A stretch of 64,000 nt of DNA, from NCBI GenBank assembly GCA_964457625.1, contig CAYWES010000001.1:17725-81724 (forward strand), in the 5' to 3' direction. Made by a program: the position numbers and the translations under genes. Under the pieces are notes generated by a model. It did no database searches. It saw only the letters and a program-made list of their open reading frames with translations, and was not told the origin of the DNA. Source of the DNA: an uncultured Candidatus Saccharibacteria bacterium (GTDB lineage Bacteria > Patescibacteriota > Minisyncoccia > Phycocordibacterales > UBA1550). Below, one piece after another: positions 25,382 through 37,002 of the stretch (the stretch's first letter is position 1; every line of letters starts with the position of its first letter).

Positions 25382-26350
25382 ATGGATCTCGAAACATTTA
25401 AAACAAATCAGAAGACAAAATATCTCGCCACAGAGTACGAGCGTCTTCTTGGTGAAGAAGCGTCGGTAAGGGCCATGATAGAGAGCGACCCCTCAATGAA
25501 AGAGCTGGGAACTCTTGAGCTTGAGGATTTAAAGACACGTATTGAATCCTTGCGCATTCAGATGACGGAAATTATTGAAGCGGACAGAGAAGAGGCGGAA
25601 AAGCCAAAAGAGGTGCTCCTTGAAATTCGCGCGGGGGCAGGAGGAGAGGAGGCTGCCTTGTTTGCTGAAGATCTTGCGCTTATGTACGAGCGCTATGCGC
25701 AAAAGCAAGGATGGGAAATGACAAAGACAGATGAATCCGCAAGCGACATGGGAGGATACAAGGAAGTGGTTTTTCGGGTGAAAGGACCGACGGCATATGA
25801 TTCACTCTATTTTGAAACAGGAGTACACCGCATACAGCGCATTCCCGCAACAGAAAAATCAGGACGTATTCATACATCAACAGCATCAGTTGTGGTGCTC
25901 CCGGTATTTCCGGAGAAACATTTTGACTACAACCCCGCTGACTTTGAAATGGAATTTTCTCGTTCAGGTGGCGCCGGTGGGCAGAATGTGAACAAGGTGG
26001 AAACCGCGGTACGCATCATTCACATTCCCACGGGACTTGCGGTGCGTTCCTCAACACAGCGAAGCCAGGTAAAAAACCGTGAACAAGCGATGTCGATGCT
26101 CCTCGCGAAACTCGAGGATATGGAGTGCCAAAAGCAATCAGACGCCGTTTTAAAAGATAGGAAACAGCAGATTGGAACAGGGGATCGTTCAGAAAAAATC
26201 CGCACGTACAACATTCTCCAGGACCGTGTGACAGACCATCGAATCAAACAGTCTTGGAGTAATGTCGAAAAGATATTTCTAGGGAATATCGGTCCGATTA
26301 TTGAAGCATGCCAGGCGGGGACGGTGGGGGAGGTGTCCGACGAGGATTAG
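25382..26350 (+). CDS. prfA: peptide chain release factor 1
   Basis: GGQ motif (SGGAGGQNVNK); PAT tripeptide (RIQRIPATEKSGRIHTS) is the RF1 type. Confidence 0.85.
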   Translation: MDLETFKTNQKTKYLATEYERLLGEEASVRAMIESDPSMKELGTLELEDLKTRIESLRIQMTEIIEADREEAEKPKEVLLEIRAGAGGEEAALFAEDLALMYERYAQKQGWEMTKTDESASDMGGYKEVVFRVKGPTAYDSLYFETGVHRIQRIPATEKSGRIHTSTASVVVLPVFPEKHFDYNPADFEMEFSRSGGAGGQNVNKVETAVRIIHIPTGLAVRSSTQRSQVKNREQAMSMLLAKLEDMECQKQSDAVLKDRKQQIGTGDRSEKIRTYNILQDRVTDHRIKQSWSNVEKIFLGNIGPIIEACQAGTVGEVSDED

Positions 26351-26400
26351 AGAGGGAAGCCTTGCAATTCCTGGAGGCTTTTGGTACACTTTCGTAACTT

Positions 26401-27102
26401 ATGAATATGAACAGCACACAAAACGAAGCTCTTATAACCGACATGTTTGCCGCGGGGGCTCATTTCGGCTACACTCGTTCACGTCGTCATCCTTCGGTAA
26501 AGCCGTTTATTTTCGGTGCCAAGAATGGTATCGAAATTCTCGACCTTGAAAAGACAAGCGTTGAGCTCAAGAATGCGGAAGAATTTGTCGCGTCGTTGGC
26601 AAAGTCAGGAAAGCAAGTTCTCTTTGTGGGAACAAAGAATGAAGCACGCAAAGCTGTCGAGGCGGGGGCGTTTTCTATTGAGATGCCATTTGCCGTGGAG
26701 CGTTGGGTGGGCGGTGTCTTGACCAACTTTTCAGAAATCAAAAAGCGCGTTGCCCTTTTGGAAGAACTTCGCGCAAAACGTGAACGAGGTGAACTCTCAA
26801 TGTACACCAAGAAAGAACGTAGCTTGATCGACAAGGATATTGAGCGTCTTGAGCGCAATTTTTCAGGAATTGTCGGCATGAAGGATGTTCCTGCAGCACT
26901 TTTTGTTGTTGACCCTCGCAAAGAATCTATCGCTGTTGAGGAAGCTCGTTTCCTCAAGATTCCTGTTATTGCTCTCGCAAACTCAGATTGCAACCTCGGA
27001 GAAATTGATTTTCCTATTCCCGGAAACGATAGTTCTCTTTCAAGTATCACCTTCTTTGTTAACCGCATCGTTGAGGCGTACAAGGCGGGTCGTACGGCGT
27101 AA
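26401..27102 (+). CDS. rpsB: 30S ribosomal protein S2
   Basis: AGAHFGYTRSRRHPSVKPFIFG..; the start may alternatively be 26407. Confidence 0.9.
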   Translation: MNMNSTQNEALITDMFAAGAHFGYTRSRRHPSVKPFIFGAKNGIEILDLEKTSVELKNAEEFVASLAKSGKQVLFVGTKNEARKAVEAGAFSIEMPFAVERWVGGVLTNFSEIKKRVALLEELRAKRERGELSMYTKKERSLIDKDIERLERNFSGIVGMKDVPAALFVVDPRKESIAVEEARFLKIPVIALANSDCNLGEIDFPIPGNDSSLSSITFFVNRIVEAYKAGRTA

Positions 27103-27180
27103 TGATTTCTGACCCGTTGAGGGTCCTTTCGTCCCTTTTATAACCAACGTTTCTCAATACCATTACTATAATTTCCTATT

Positions 27181-27732
27181 ATGATTACCACCGAGCAAAT
27201 TAAAGAATTACGCGACCTCACAGGAATCTCTGTCATGCAGTGCAAGAAAGCACTTGAGGAAGCAGGAGGAGACAAAGAAAAAGCTCTCGCACTCCTTCGT
27301 GAAAAGTCGGCAGAAATTGCCGCAAAAAAGGGTGATCGTGAGCTCGGCGCGGGGGCTATTGAATCATACATCCACAGCAATAAAAGCATTGGAGCTCTGG
27401 TGCTACTTTCTTGCGAGACGGATTTTGTGGCGCGTAATGAAGACTATGTTGCCATGGCGCGCGACATTGCCGTGCATATCGTAGCAACGGATCCACTCGT
27501 GGTAAGCGCCGAAGACGTCACCGACGAGATTCGCGCACGTGTCAAAGAAACACTCGGAGAAGAAGCAACTCCTGAACAGGTGGAGGCACATATTGCTGAA
27601 AGGGTGTTGCTCGATCAGCCCTTCATCAAAAATCCTGAAGTCACTATAAGGGGATTCATTGATGGTGGTGTGCAGAAGTTTGGAGAAAAAATCGTTCTCA
27701 CTCGCTTTGCGCGCTTCTCTGTAGTAAACTAG
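27181..27732 (+). CDS. tsf: elongation factor Ts (short form)
   Basis: N-terminal UBA-like ITTEQIKELRDLTGISVMQCKKALEEAGGD; position after rpsB. Confidence 0.9.
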   Translation: MITTEQIKELRDLTGISVMQCKKALEEAGGDKEKALALLREKSAEIAAKKGDRELGAGAIESYIHSNKSIGALVLLSCETDFVARNEDYVAMARDIAVHIVATDPLVVSAEDVTDEIRARVKETLGEEATPEQVEAHIAERVLLDQPFIKNPEVTIRGFIDGGVQKFGEKIVLTRFARFSVVN

Positions 27733-27766
27733 AAGAGTTCGCTCTCCTTCTTTGTGGAGGAATCGT

Positions 27767-28162
27767 ATGACTATTATCATCACTCTTTTTTATCTCTCAC
27801 TCCTGGTAGTGGTAGCAATGATTGTAAAGAAGTTTCTTGAGATTCGAACACTCAAGCTTTCTCTGGTTGAGGGGATTGAACAAGAGATTTCTCGCAAAGC
27901 ACACCATTTTATACAAATATTTTGGTACGATTGGTGTTTGGTCCTTATTTCTCGTACTCATGCCGGTGTCGTGCGGGGTTGGTATGTTCTTGAACACGCA
28001 GTGCTCGGACTTATAATTCGTCTTTCTGAGCGCTTGAAACGTCGTCACCACAAGCTCTATGATATGGTGAAAGGGAAGGGAGTTTTAAAAAATAAGGGTT
28101 CTGTTTCCACATTTCTTAAAGAGGTTTCCACCTACAAAGAGGAAGAAAAATCCTCAAAATAA
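27767..28162 (+). CDS. hypothetical membrane protein
   Basis: GGAGG RBS 7 nt before the ATG at 27767; N-terminal TM; 131 aa. Confidence 0.5.
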   Translation: MTIIITLFYLSLLVVVAMIVKKFLEIRTLKLSLVEGIEQEISRKAHHFIQIFWYDWCLVLISRTHAGVVRGWYVLEHAVLGLIIRLSERLKRRHHKLYDMVKGKGVLKNKGSVSTFLKEVSTYKEEEKSSK

Positions 28163-28170
28163 TACCTAGT

Positions 28171-28199
28171 TTGACATAGACAGAGGAGAGGAGTATACT
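28171..28199 (+). promoter_or_regulatory. near-consensus sigma-70 promoter upstream of rpoB
   Basis: TTGACA (28171-28176), 17-nt spacer, TATACT (28194-28199); about 190-nt leader before the rpoB ATG. Confidence 0.65.
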
Positions 28200-28386
28200 C
28201 TGAGTGACGGTATACGATTGAGTTATAGGCGCGCCGTAGAGAGATACAATTTTATTATAAGGTGTTTGGTGTGAATTCTGTCACACCCGAACGTTTCTAA
28301 AACCTCACTTTCCAAAAGGGTAGCTTTGCTTGCCTTTTGTGTTTTGTTTTTCTGGAACGTTCGTCTAATTTTCCTACGCTTCCTTT

Positions 28387-31300
28387 ATGCGAGAGAAGAA
28401 ATATTTTGCGCGCTATAAAAAGCCGCTTGTGCCTATGCCGAATCTTGTGGAGACCCACTTGAAGTCATATGAGTGGCTCATCGAAGAAGGCTTGAAAGAA
28501 GCTTTCAAAGATTTCTCACCTATTAGAGATTATTCCGAGAAAAAATTTGAGCTTGAATTTACCGGTATCGAACTCTCAAAACCAAAGTATGATGAGTACT
28601 TTGCGAAAGAAAATAAGCTTTCCTACGAAGCCCCTCTCAAGGCGCGCGTGAAGCTTATTAATAAAACACTCAAGAGCGAGAAAGAACAGGAAATCTTCAT
28701 GGCAGATTTTCCTATGATGACATCACATGGTACCTTCATCGTAAATGGTGTTGAGCGTGTGGTCGTCCCTCAGATTTCTCGTTCTTTCGGTGTGTCTTTT
28801 ACGGCCGGTGAAATCAAAGGAAAGCGTTACTTCGGATCAAAAATTATTCCCGGACGTGGTGCGTGGATTGAAGTTGAATCAGACCCTGATGGAGCAATCT
28901 ACGTGCGTATAGATAAAAAGCGAAAGTTTCCCGTGACCGTACTCTTGCGCGCTTTGGGAGTGGCGACCGACGATGCTATTCTCAAACTCTTTGCGCACGA
29001 CGAGGACGCAAAGAAGATTGTTGAACACACCTTGAGCAAGGACTCTGCAAAAACTCCCGAAGAGGCGTTTGTGGAGATTCACAAGAAGCTTCGTGATGGT
29101 GATCTCGCGACGCCCGAAAATGCGCGCAGTTTTGTTGACTCTATTTTTGCAAAAGAGAAATATGATCTCTCTGAAGTTGGTCGTTTTAAGTTCAACAAGC
29201 GTTTTGGCAAATCTCTCGACAAGGCGGCGCTCAAAGAACGAACTATCAATGCAGCTGATATTGCAACGATTGTTACTCATATCGTAAAACAAAATCTCAA
29301 CCCTCATGCGCTCCCTGACGATATCGATCATTTGGGCTCACGACGCATTCGCTCTGTGGGAGAAATGCTTCAGCAGAAAATTCGCGTTGGTCTCACGCAA
29401 ATGAAGCGCAATATTCAGGACCGTATGTCGACAATCGATACTGATGCGACGTTGCCGGTTCAGTTTATTTCTCCTCGCCCTCTCCAGGCACGTCTCAAGG
29501 AATTCTTTGCGACAAACCAGCTTTCGCAGTTTATGACGCAGTACAACGTGCTCTCTGAGATTGAAAGCCTCCGTACCTTCTCTGCACTCGGGCCGGGAGG
29601 TCTCACACGAGAGCGTGCGGGTATCGAAGTGCGCGACGTACACCCGTCACACTATGGACGTCTTTGTCCTATCCATACTCCCGAAGGTCCAAACATCGGT
29701 CTTATCCTCCGTCTCTCATGCTATGCGCGTGTGAATGATTTTGGCATGATTGAAACACCCTATGTAAAGGTAAAGGGAGGAAAGCTTACCAAGGAAATTG
29801 ACTATCTCGACGCCCTCGAAGAAGAGCAGTATTACATTGCCCATATGGCAACTGCGCTTGATGGCGACAAGATTGTTGATGAAAAAGTTTCTGTGCGTCA
29901 CGATGGTACTCCTACACTCATTGATCGTGATCGTGTGGACTATATGGATATTGCCGCAAACCAGGCATTTTCTATTGCGACATCAATGGTTCCATTCCTT
30001 GAACACGACAACGCAAACCGCGCGCTCATGGGTTCCAACATGCAAAAGCAGGCTATTCCTTGTGTAATCGCGGAGGCACCCCTTGTTGCGACGGGCATGG
30101 AAGAGCTCGCTGCGCGTGATACAGGTCGTCTCATAGTGGCTGACGTTGATGGTACCATTACTCATGCGGACGCAAGAAAAATCTCGCTAAAGGACGAGAA
30201 AGGGAAAGTCCATGAGTATAAGCTTGTAAACTATGCGCGTACAAACGGCTTTACCGCATTCCACCAGCGCCCAAGCGTGAACGTGGGAGACAAAGTGAAG
30301 AAGGGAGCTATCCTCGCAGATACCTCGTCGTCAGACAAGGGACAAATCGCGATCGGCCAGAATACTCTCGTGGCGTTTATGTCATGGGGCGGTTCAAACT
30401 ACGAAGACGCTATTATTCTTTCAGAACGTCTCGTAAAGGACAGCAAGTTTACCTCAATCCATATGGACGAGTTTGTGGTAAATGTTCGTGACACCAAGCT
30501 TGGGCCCGAAGTGACTACTCATGATATTCCTAATGTCGGCGAAGCAAAGCTCAAGGATCTCGACGAGGATGGTATCATCCGTATTGGTGCGGAGGTGCAT
30601 CCCGGAGATATTCTTGTAGGAAAGATTACGCCAAAGGGGGAGCAAGAGCTTACTCCTGAAGAGCGCCTTCTCCGTTCAATCTTTGGTGAAAAGGCGCGTG
30701 ATGTAAAAGATACATCGCTTCGTATGGAGCACGGTAAGCGCGGGCGCATTGTGGGAGTAAAGGTATTCTCACGCGAAAAAGGTGACTCGCTCGATAGCGG
30801 TATTATCAAGCGCATTCACATTGAGGTTGCCCAGGTGCGTAATATCTCTGTGGGTGACAAGCTCGCGGGCCGTCATGGTAACAAAGGTGTGATTTCAGTC
30901 ATCCTTCCTGAGGAAGATATGCCATACATGGCAGATGGTCGTCCTGTGGACGTTATTTTGACTCCCCTTGGTGTGCCATCTCGTATGAACCTGGGTCAGA
31001 TTTTGGAGCTCCACTTGGGGCTTGCCGCGGATACTTTGAACTATCAAGCGATTGTTCCTCCATTTATGGGTGCGACACCTGACGAAATCAAAGCTGAGCT
31101 TGCGAAGGCAGGGTATCGTGAAGACGGAAAAATGAAACTCTTCGACGGTCGTACCGGAGAGGCGTTTGATCAGGATATTGCCGTAGGGTATATGTATATC
31201 TTGAAATTGAACCACATGGTTGAAGATAAGATTCACATGCGTTCAATCGGACCATACTCACTCATTACTCAGCAACCTCTTGGCGGTAAAGCACAAGGTG

Positions 31301-31545
31301 GTGGTCAGCGTTTTGGAGAAATGGAAGTGTGGGCTCTCGAAGGCTATGGTGCGGCGCACGTGCTCCGTGAGATGCTTACCATCAAGTCAGACGATATTAG
31401 TGGTCGTTCAGGGGCATTTGATGCGATTGTGAAGGGGGAGGAGATTACGCAAAGTAATATCCCCGAGTCCTTCAATGTACTCCTCAATTATCTCCGTGGA
31501 CTCTCTCTTGATATCCAGCTCCTTCGTAAGGACGAGATTAAATAA
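28387..31545 (+). CDS. rpoB: DNA-directed RNA polymerase beta subunit (compact, 1052 aa)
   Basis: Conserved blocks e.g. LGPGGLTRERAG, NMQRQAVP-like region, GDKLAGRHGNKGV. Confidence 0.95.
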   Translation: MREKKYFARYKKPLVPMPNLVETHLKSYEWLIEEGLKEAFKDFSPIRDYSEKKFELEFTGIELSKPKYDEYFAKENKLSYEAPLKARVKLINKTLKSEKEQEIFMADFPMMTSHGTFIVNGVERVVVPQISRSFGVSFTAGEIKGKRYFGSKIIPGRGAWIEVESDPDGAIYVRIDKKRKFPVTVLLRALGVATDDAILKLFAHDEDAKKIVEHTLSKDSAKTPEEAFVEIHKKLRDGDLATPENARSFVDSIFAKEKYDLSEVGRFKFNKRFGKSLDKAALKERTINAADIATIVTHIVKQNLNPHALPDDIDHLGSRRIRSVGEMLQQKIRVGLTQMKRNIQDRMSTIDTDATLPVQFISPRPLQARLKEFFATNQLSQFMTQYNVLSEIESLRTFSALGPGGLTRERAGIEVRDVHPSHYGRLCPIHTPEGPNIGLILRLSCYARVNDFGMIETPYVKVKGGKLTKEIDYLDALEEEQYYIAHMATALDGDKIVDEKVSVRHDGTPTLIDRDRVDYMDIAANQAFSIATSMVPFLEHDNANRALMGSNMQKQAIPCVIAEAPLVATGMEELAARDTGRLIVADVDGTITHADARKISLKDEKGKVHEYKLVNYARTNGFTAFHQRPSVNVGDKVKKGAILADTSSSDKGQIAIGQNTLVAFMSWGGSNYEDAIILSERLVKDSKFTSIHMDEFVVNVRDTKLGPEVTTHDIPNVGEAKLKDLDEDGIIRIGAEVHPGDILVGKITPKGEQELTPEERLLRSIFGEKARDVKDTSLRMEHGKRGRIVGVKVFSREKGDSLDSGIIKRIHIEVAQVRNISVGDKLAGRHGNKGVISVILPEEDMPYMADGRPVDVILTPLGVPSRMNLGQILELHLGLAADTLNYQAIVPPFMGATPDEIKAELAKAGYREDGKMKLFDGRTGEAFDQDIAVGYMYILKLNHMVEDKIHMRSIGPYSLITQQPLGGKAQGGGQRFGEMEVWALEGYGAAHVLREMLTIKSDDISGRSGAFDAIVKGEEITQSNIPESFNVLLNYLRGLSLDIQLLRKDEIK

Positions 31546-31564
31546 CCTTTAGCTGTAACCAATT

Positions 31565-34500
31565 ATGAAAACATTACGCGAACAACAGAATTTCGATTCA
31601 ATTCTTTTGAAGCTTGCATCCCCGGAGCGCATTAAAGAATGGTCTTACGGCGAGGTTACCAAGCCTGAGACAATCAACTACCGCACTCAGCGCAGTGAGC
31701 GCGGAGGTCTCTTTGACGAACGTGTCTTTGGTCCGGAAAAAGACTTCGAGTGTTATTGTGGAAAGTATAAGCGCATTCGTTACAAGGGTATTATTTGTGA
31801 GAAATGTGGTGTTGAGGTGACGCGCTCAATTGTACGTCGCGAGCGCATGGGTCACATTGAGCTTGCGAGCCCGGTAGCTCATATCTGGTTTCTCCGCAAT
31901 ATTTCTTCTCGTATGGGGCTCTTGCTCAACCTTCCCCTCGTTGACCTTGAAAAGGTAATTTACTTCGCGGGCTACATCATTACGAGTGTAAATGAGGCAG
32001 AGCGTGAAAATCTCATGCACGAGCTTGATACGGAGTATAAGACTAAGTCAAAACAGCTTACTGATGACACGGCTAAAGATGCGTTGAAAGAGCTTCTCCT
32101 CACAAGCAAGCGTGAAATTGAAAGTCTTGTGGAAGGAAAAGTTCTCGATGAGGTGTCGTACCACAAGCTTTCTCTCAAGTATGGTACTGCGTTTGAAGCA
32201 GGTATTGGTGCTGAAGCAATTTACAACATCTTTAAGAAATTGGATCTTCCAAAGTTTAAGGAGAAACTTGAGGCTGATTTTGAAAAGGCGGGTGCCGTAG
32301 AGCGTGCGAAGCTTCATAAGCGTCTCGCGCTTGTGAAGTCGATGATTCAGTCGGGCGTTCGTCCTGAATGGATGTTTGTCACCGTCATTCCGGTTATCCC
32401 TCCCGCACTTCGCCCCATGGTCGCCCTTGAAGGAGGTCGCCATGCGACATCTGACTTGAACGATCTCTATCGTCGCGTAATCAACCGCAATAATCGCTTG
32501 AAGAAACTCAAAGAGATTGGAGCACCTGACGTGATTCTTCGCAACGAGAAGCGCATCCTTCAGGAGGCGGTGGATTCGCTCGTCGACAATTCAATTCGTC
32601 GCGTACAATCTGTTTCTATGAATCAGGCACAAAAGCGAAGTCTGAAGTCTCTCGCAGATACGCTCAAAGGAAAGCAAGGTCTCTTCCGACAAAATCTTCT
32701 CGGTAAGCGCGTAGACTATTCAGGTCGTTCGGTGATTATCGTGGGACCAAGACTTCGGTTGAACGAGTGCGGTCTTCCAAAGCACATGGCGCTTGAGCTT
32801 TTCCGCCCATTCATTATTTCAAAGCTCATTGAGCGCGAACTCGCATACAATATTCGTGGTGCAAACAAGCTTGTCGATGACAGCGTTCCCGAGGTGTGGG
32901 CAATTCTTGAAGAGGTAATCCGTGGTAAGTACGTGCTCTTGAACCGCGCGCCGACACTTCACCGTCTCGGTATCCAGGCATTTCACCCAATTCTTGTTGA
33001 AGGAAATGCTATTCAGGTTCATCCGCTCGTATGTACCGCCTTTAACGCAGACTTCGACGGAGACCAAATGGCTGTTCACGTACCACTTTCGACCCCTGCT
33101 CAGTATGAGGCGGGAGAGTTTATGGCTGCCAATAAAAACCTCTTGGGTCCCGGAAACGGCGATCCTATCGTAAACCCTAAGCTTGATATTCCTCTTGGGT
33201 GTTACTCTATGACAAAGATTATCGATGGTGCGAAAGGGGAAGGAAAGATTTTCCCAAATCCAAATAGCGCCATTACCGCATATGACTTTGATGCCGTAAG
33301 TTACCGCGCAAAGATCAAGGTGCTCGGAACGGATACACCAAAGTACACACAGTTTGAAGGGCAGGTCTTTGAGACTACAGTGGGTCGCCTTCTCTTCAAC
33401 TCCGTACTTCCTTCTGATTTCCCTTATGTTAACAAGGAGCTTGGGAAGAAGGAGCTTGAGGTACTCATTGATGAGATTATCAATCGGTATGGTATTGATG
33501 CTACTCCTCCAATCCTCGACAAGATAAAAGATTTCGGATTTAAGTATGTTACCAAGGCCGGTATCACGTGGGGGCTTGATGAAATTAAGACACCCGAGGA
33601 AAAAGCTGACGTTATTGCGCACGCTCGCAAAGAAGCTGATGAGGTTCGCGAAGAATACAATGAAGGACTTTTGTCGGAAGAAGAACGCTATCGTCGCACT
33701 ATTGAAGTGTGGCAAGGCGCTCGTGCTGAAATAGAAAAGTTTATGCCAAGCACGCTCCAAAAAGATGGTTCCGTGGAGGACATGTTGAAGTCAGGAGCTC
33801 GTGGTTCGTATGCTCAGATTCTTATGATGGGTGGTATGACCGGTCTCATTGTGAACACTGCGGGGCGCGTCATCGACTTCCCAATTATTCCCTCAAGTAA
33901 AGAAGGTCTTTCTCCTATTGAGTACTTTATTACGACACACGGTTCACGTAAGGGTCTTGCCGACACGGCGCTCAATACCGCAAAGGCAGGATACCTCACA
34001 CGTCGTATTATTGATGTTGCTCAAGATGCCATCATTACTGAAGAAGATTGTGGCGAGAAGGAGGGCAAGGTTATTCGCAAAGAAAACCTTGTCGGCTTCG
34101 ACATTCCTCTTTCAAAGAACCTTCGTGGTCGTACCCTCGTCCAGGATCTTGTCTTGGAGGATGGAAGTGTTCTCTTTAAGAAGGGACACCTTGTGACAAA
34201 GGTTGATGCGCGTGAAGCTGAATCAAAGGGCATCACCGAAGCAGTTGTGCGCTCACCTCTTACGTGCAAGACACTTCATGGTGTTTGTCGCAAGTGCTAC
34301 GGTCTCGATATTGGGCGCAACGAACTCGTCAGAACTGGTGAAGCGGTGGGTATTGTTGCCGCACAGGCGATCGGTGAGCCGGGAACTCAGCTTACCATGC
34401 GTACCTTCCACGCCGGAGGTATTGCATCAGTTGGTGGTGACATTACCACAGGTCTTCCACGTGTTGAGGAAATCTTTGAACGTCGTATGCCAAAGAGTCT

Positions 34501-35200
34501 TGCGATTGTATCTCATACTAATGGCGTTGTCACAGAAGTGACACGTAATGAAAAAGAGCTCCGCATCGTAGTACTCCCCGAAGCAGGCGAGGGTAAAAAG
34601 AAAGGGGAGGCTATGGAGTATGAGACAACGCGTGCTCGTACGCCGCTTGTGAAGGTGGGGGAGGCAGTACTTAAAGGACAGTTCCTTTCAGACGGCTCCG
34701 CAGATATCGCAGAAGTATTCCAGTACGCAGGCAAAGATGCTGCAGAAAACTACATTATCAATGAAGTACTGAAGATTTACGAACTCCAGGGCGCGTCGAT
34801 CTCTCGCAAGCACATTGAGGTAATTATTCGCCAGATGTTTTCTCGTCGCAAAATTAAAGAAGCAGGAGATACCAAATACAACATTGGAGAGATTGTTGAA
34901 TGTGGTGAGCTTGCTCTTGAAAACGAGCGCGTTGAAAAACTTGGTGGAACAAAAGCTAAGGGCGAAGCACTCGTTCTCGGTATCTCCGAAGTTGCCCTTA
35001 CTACAAAAAGTTGGCTCTCTGCTGCATCCTTTGAGAACACCACGCGTATTCTCATCAACACTGCAATCCGCGGAGAAGTTGACACTCTCCGAGGGCTCAA
35101 GGAAAACGTTATCATCGGTAACTTGATTCCTACAGGTACAGGGTTTGGTGTAAAGAAGGAGGATGGACTTCCTGGCAACGCAGAAGAAGAAAACGCGTAG
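31565..35200 (+). CDS. rpoC: DNA-directed RNA polymerase beta' subunit
   Basis: Zn finger [20 protein letters not shown]; NADFDGD catalytic motif; 1211 aa. Confidence 0.95.
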   Translation: MKTLREQQNFDSILLKLASPERIKEWSYGEVTKPETINYRTQRSERGGLFDERVFGPEKDFECYCGKYKRIRYKGIICEKCGVEVTRSIVRRERMGHIELASPVAHIWFLRNISSRMGLLLNLPLVDLEKVIYFAGYIITSVNEAERENLMHELDTEYKTKSKQLTDDTAKDALKELLLTSKREIESLVEGKVLDEVSYHKLSLKYGTAFEAGIGAEAIYNIFKKLDLPKFKEKLEADFEKAGAVERAKLHKRLALVKSMIQSGVRPEWMFVTVIPVIPPALRPMVALEGGRHATSDLNDLYRRVINRNNRLKKLKEIGAPDVILRNEKRILQEAVDSLVDNSIRRVQSVSMNQAQKRSLKSLADTLKGKQGLFRQNLLGKRVDYSGRSVIIVGPRLRLNECGLPKHMALELFRPFIISKLIERELAYNIRGANKLVDDSVPEVWAILEEVIRGKYVLLNRAPTLHRLGIQAFHPILVEGNAIQVHPLVCTAFNADFDGDQMAVHVPLSTPAQYEAGEFMAANKNLLGPGNGDPIVNPKLDIPLGCYSMTKIIDGAKGEGKIFPNPNSAITAYDFDAVSYRAKIKVLGTDTPKYTQFEGQVFETTVGRLLFNSVLPSDFPYVNKELGKKELEVLIDEIINRYGIDATPPILDKIKDFGFKYVTKAGITWGLDEIKTPEEKADVIAHARKEADEVREEYNEGLLSEEERYRRTIEVWQGARAEIEKFMPSTLQKDGSVEDMLKSGARGSYAQILMMGGMTGLIVNTAGRVIDFPIIPSSKEGLSPIEYFITTHGSRKGLADTALNTAKAGYLTRRIIDVAQDAIITEEDCGEKEGKVIRKENLVGFDIPLSKNLRGRTLVQDLVLEDGSVLFKKGHLVTKVDAREAESKGITEAVVRSPLTCKTLHGVCRKCYGLDIGRNELVRTGEAVGIVAAQAIGEPGTQLTMRTFHAGGIASVGGDITTGLPRVEEIFERRMPKSLAIVSHTNGVVTEVTRNEKELRIVVLPEAGEGKKKGEAMEYETTRARTPLVKVGEAVLKGQFLSDGSADIAEVFQYAGKDAAENYIINEVLKIYELQGASISRKHIEVIIRQMFSRRKIKEAGDTKYNIGEIVECGELALENERVEKLGGTKAKGEALVLGISEVALTTKSWLSAASFENTTRILINTAIRGEVDTLRGLKENVIIGNLIPTGTGFGVKKEDGLPGNAEEENA

Positions 35201-35274
35201 TTCTTTGTGAGTTTTGGCGTATCGTTTTAGAGAAAGAGAGGTGCTTTGTTGCGTCTCTCCCTCACTAACATCCT

Positions 35275-37002
35275 ATGGCTTCATCTGTTGAAGAAATAAA
35301 ATCACGACTCAACATCGTAGATATTGCAGGAGAATACCTCAAACTTGAAAAAGCGGGAGGTAACTTCAAGGCACGATGTCCGTTCCACAATGAACGAACG
35401 CCGTCCTTTGTTGTTTCTTCATCTCGCCAGTCATATCATTGCTTTGGGTGTAATCGCGGAGGAGATATTATTTCTCTCGTGCAAGAAATTGAGGGTATAG
35501 ATTTTCTTGGTGCGTTGAAAATCCTTGCCGACAGAGCGGGTGTTGTTCTTACACGCGAGCACGCTGCTACGCGAGACACAGAGCGTGGTCGAGAGAGTCT
35601 CTACAAGGTTCTCGAGCTCGCAACAAAATTCTACGAAGCCGTTCTCCCCAAGTTTCCGGAAGCTTTGGTATATCTCCATAAGAGGGGCATCACGGACGAA
35701 AGTATAAAAACCTTTCGTATTGGATTTGCTCCCGATGAGTGGAGGAGCCTCTCGGACGTCCTTCTCAAGAAGAATATTCAGGAGACGCTCTCTGATCGAG
35801 CGGGGCTTATTACGCGCTCTCCGAAAGGATTTTATGATCGTTTTCGGGGGCGCATTATGTTCCCTATAGCAGACACTGCAGGGCGTATCATTGCGTTTTC
35901 AGGAAGAGTACTCAAAGACGAACCGGGAAAAACTCTTGGGACGTCATCTCAAGCAAAGTATGTGAATAGCCCTGAGACGGAAGTCTTCCATAAATCTCGA
36001 GCACTTTTTGGATTTCATCAGGCAAAAGACGCGATGCGTCGTCTGGACAGCGCGGTCTTGGTGGAAGGGCAGATTGACCTCGTTATGTCTCATCAAGCGG
36101 GAGTGACAAACACTGTTGCATCTTCCGGCACGGCGTTGACGGCAGAACATCTGGGACTCATCAAGCGCTTTACGCAAAATATTGTGCTAGCGTTTGATGC
36201 CGATGATGCAGGACTTGCTGCAGCTCACAAGGCAATTCTTCTTGCATTAGGAAGCGACATGTCAGTGCGAATTGCCGAGATTCCTCAGGGTCTCGATCCT
36301 GCAGATTTGATACAAAAGAATCCCGATCTCTGGAAGAACGCGATTACGGAGGCGCAGCCGGTTGTTGATTTTTACCTCAAGACTTTCCCTACACGCTTTA
36401 CTGACCAATCTCTTCTGCGCAAGAAGGTGTCTGAGATTATTATTCCTTTCGTGGCTGCGCTAAAGAGCTCTCTTGATCAAGGGCATTATGTAGGAAGGAT
36501 TGCAACACTCTTGGGGATACAGGAAGGACCGGTATGGGATGAGATAAAAAAGGTTGCACTTCCCCAAGAGAACATCCCTCCTGATGCTACTACTCCTTGG
36601 AAACCTCTCTCTCGGCTTGATCGACTCACGAGAAGTATTGAAGGACTTCTCTTGTGGCAGGAGGGGGTGCCGGAGACAAACGTCAGTGGTCTTGGTGAGA
36701 TGCGTAGAACGTTTGACGCCCTTCTCAAGGAACACAATATTGAACACAGTCCTCCAGACCAACACGAAGAAGAAGTCTTTGAAGCTGAGATTAGGTTCGA
36801 AGGAAATGCGAATCTTACTGAAGAACTCAAACTCCTCTTGAAGACACTTGGCGAAGAGATTTTACGGGAACGCTTTACTCGTACAATGAAAGAACTCAAG
36901 CATGCAGAAGCAGAGGGGGACATCGCCAAAGCGCAAGAGCTCCTCAAAGTATGTCAGGAAATTTCAAAAGAATTACACGCCATAACCACCAAAACATCAT
37001 GA
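35275..37002 (+). CDS. dnaG: DNA primase
   Basis: Zn ribbon [20 protein letters not shown]; TOPRIM (VEGQIDL, DADDAG). Confidence 0.9.
   Translation: MASSVEEIKSRLNIVDIAGEYLKLEKAGGNFKARCPFHNERTPSFVVSSSRQSYHCFGCNRGGDIISLVQEIEGIDFLGALKILADRAGVVLTREHAATRDTERGRESLYKVLELATKFYEAVLPKFPEALVYLHKRGITDESIKTFRIGFAPDEWRSLSDVLLKKNIQETLSDRAGLITRSPKGFYDRFRGRIMFPIADTAGRIIAFSGRVLKDEPGKTLGTSSQAKYVNSPETEVFHKSRALFGFHQAKDAMRRLDSAVLVEGQIDLVMSHQAGVTNTVASSGTALTAEHLGLIKRFTQNIVLAFDADDAGLAAAHKAILLALGSDMSVRIAEIPQGLDPADLIQKNPDLWKNAITEAQPVVDFYLKTFPTRFTDQSLLRKKVSEIIIPFVAALKSSLDQGHYVGRIATLLGIQEGPVWDEIKKVALPQENIPPDATTPWKPLSRLDRLTRSIEGLLLWQEGVPETNVSGLGEMRRTFDALLKEHNIEHSPPDQHEEEVFEAEIRFEGNANLTEELKLLLKTLGEEILRERFTRTMKELKHAEAEGDIAKAQELLKVCQEISKELHAITTKTS

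Noticed and set aside
28879-35178. Many 60-150-aa ORFs on the opposite strand of rpoB/rpoC (and similarly within clpB, leuS, alaS, infB)
   Set aside because: Shadow ORFs inside long, well-supported genes.
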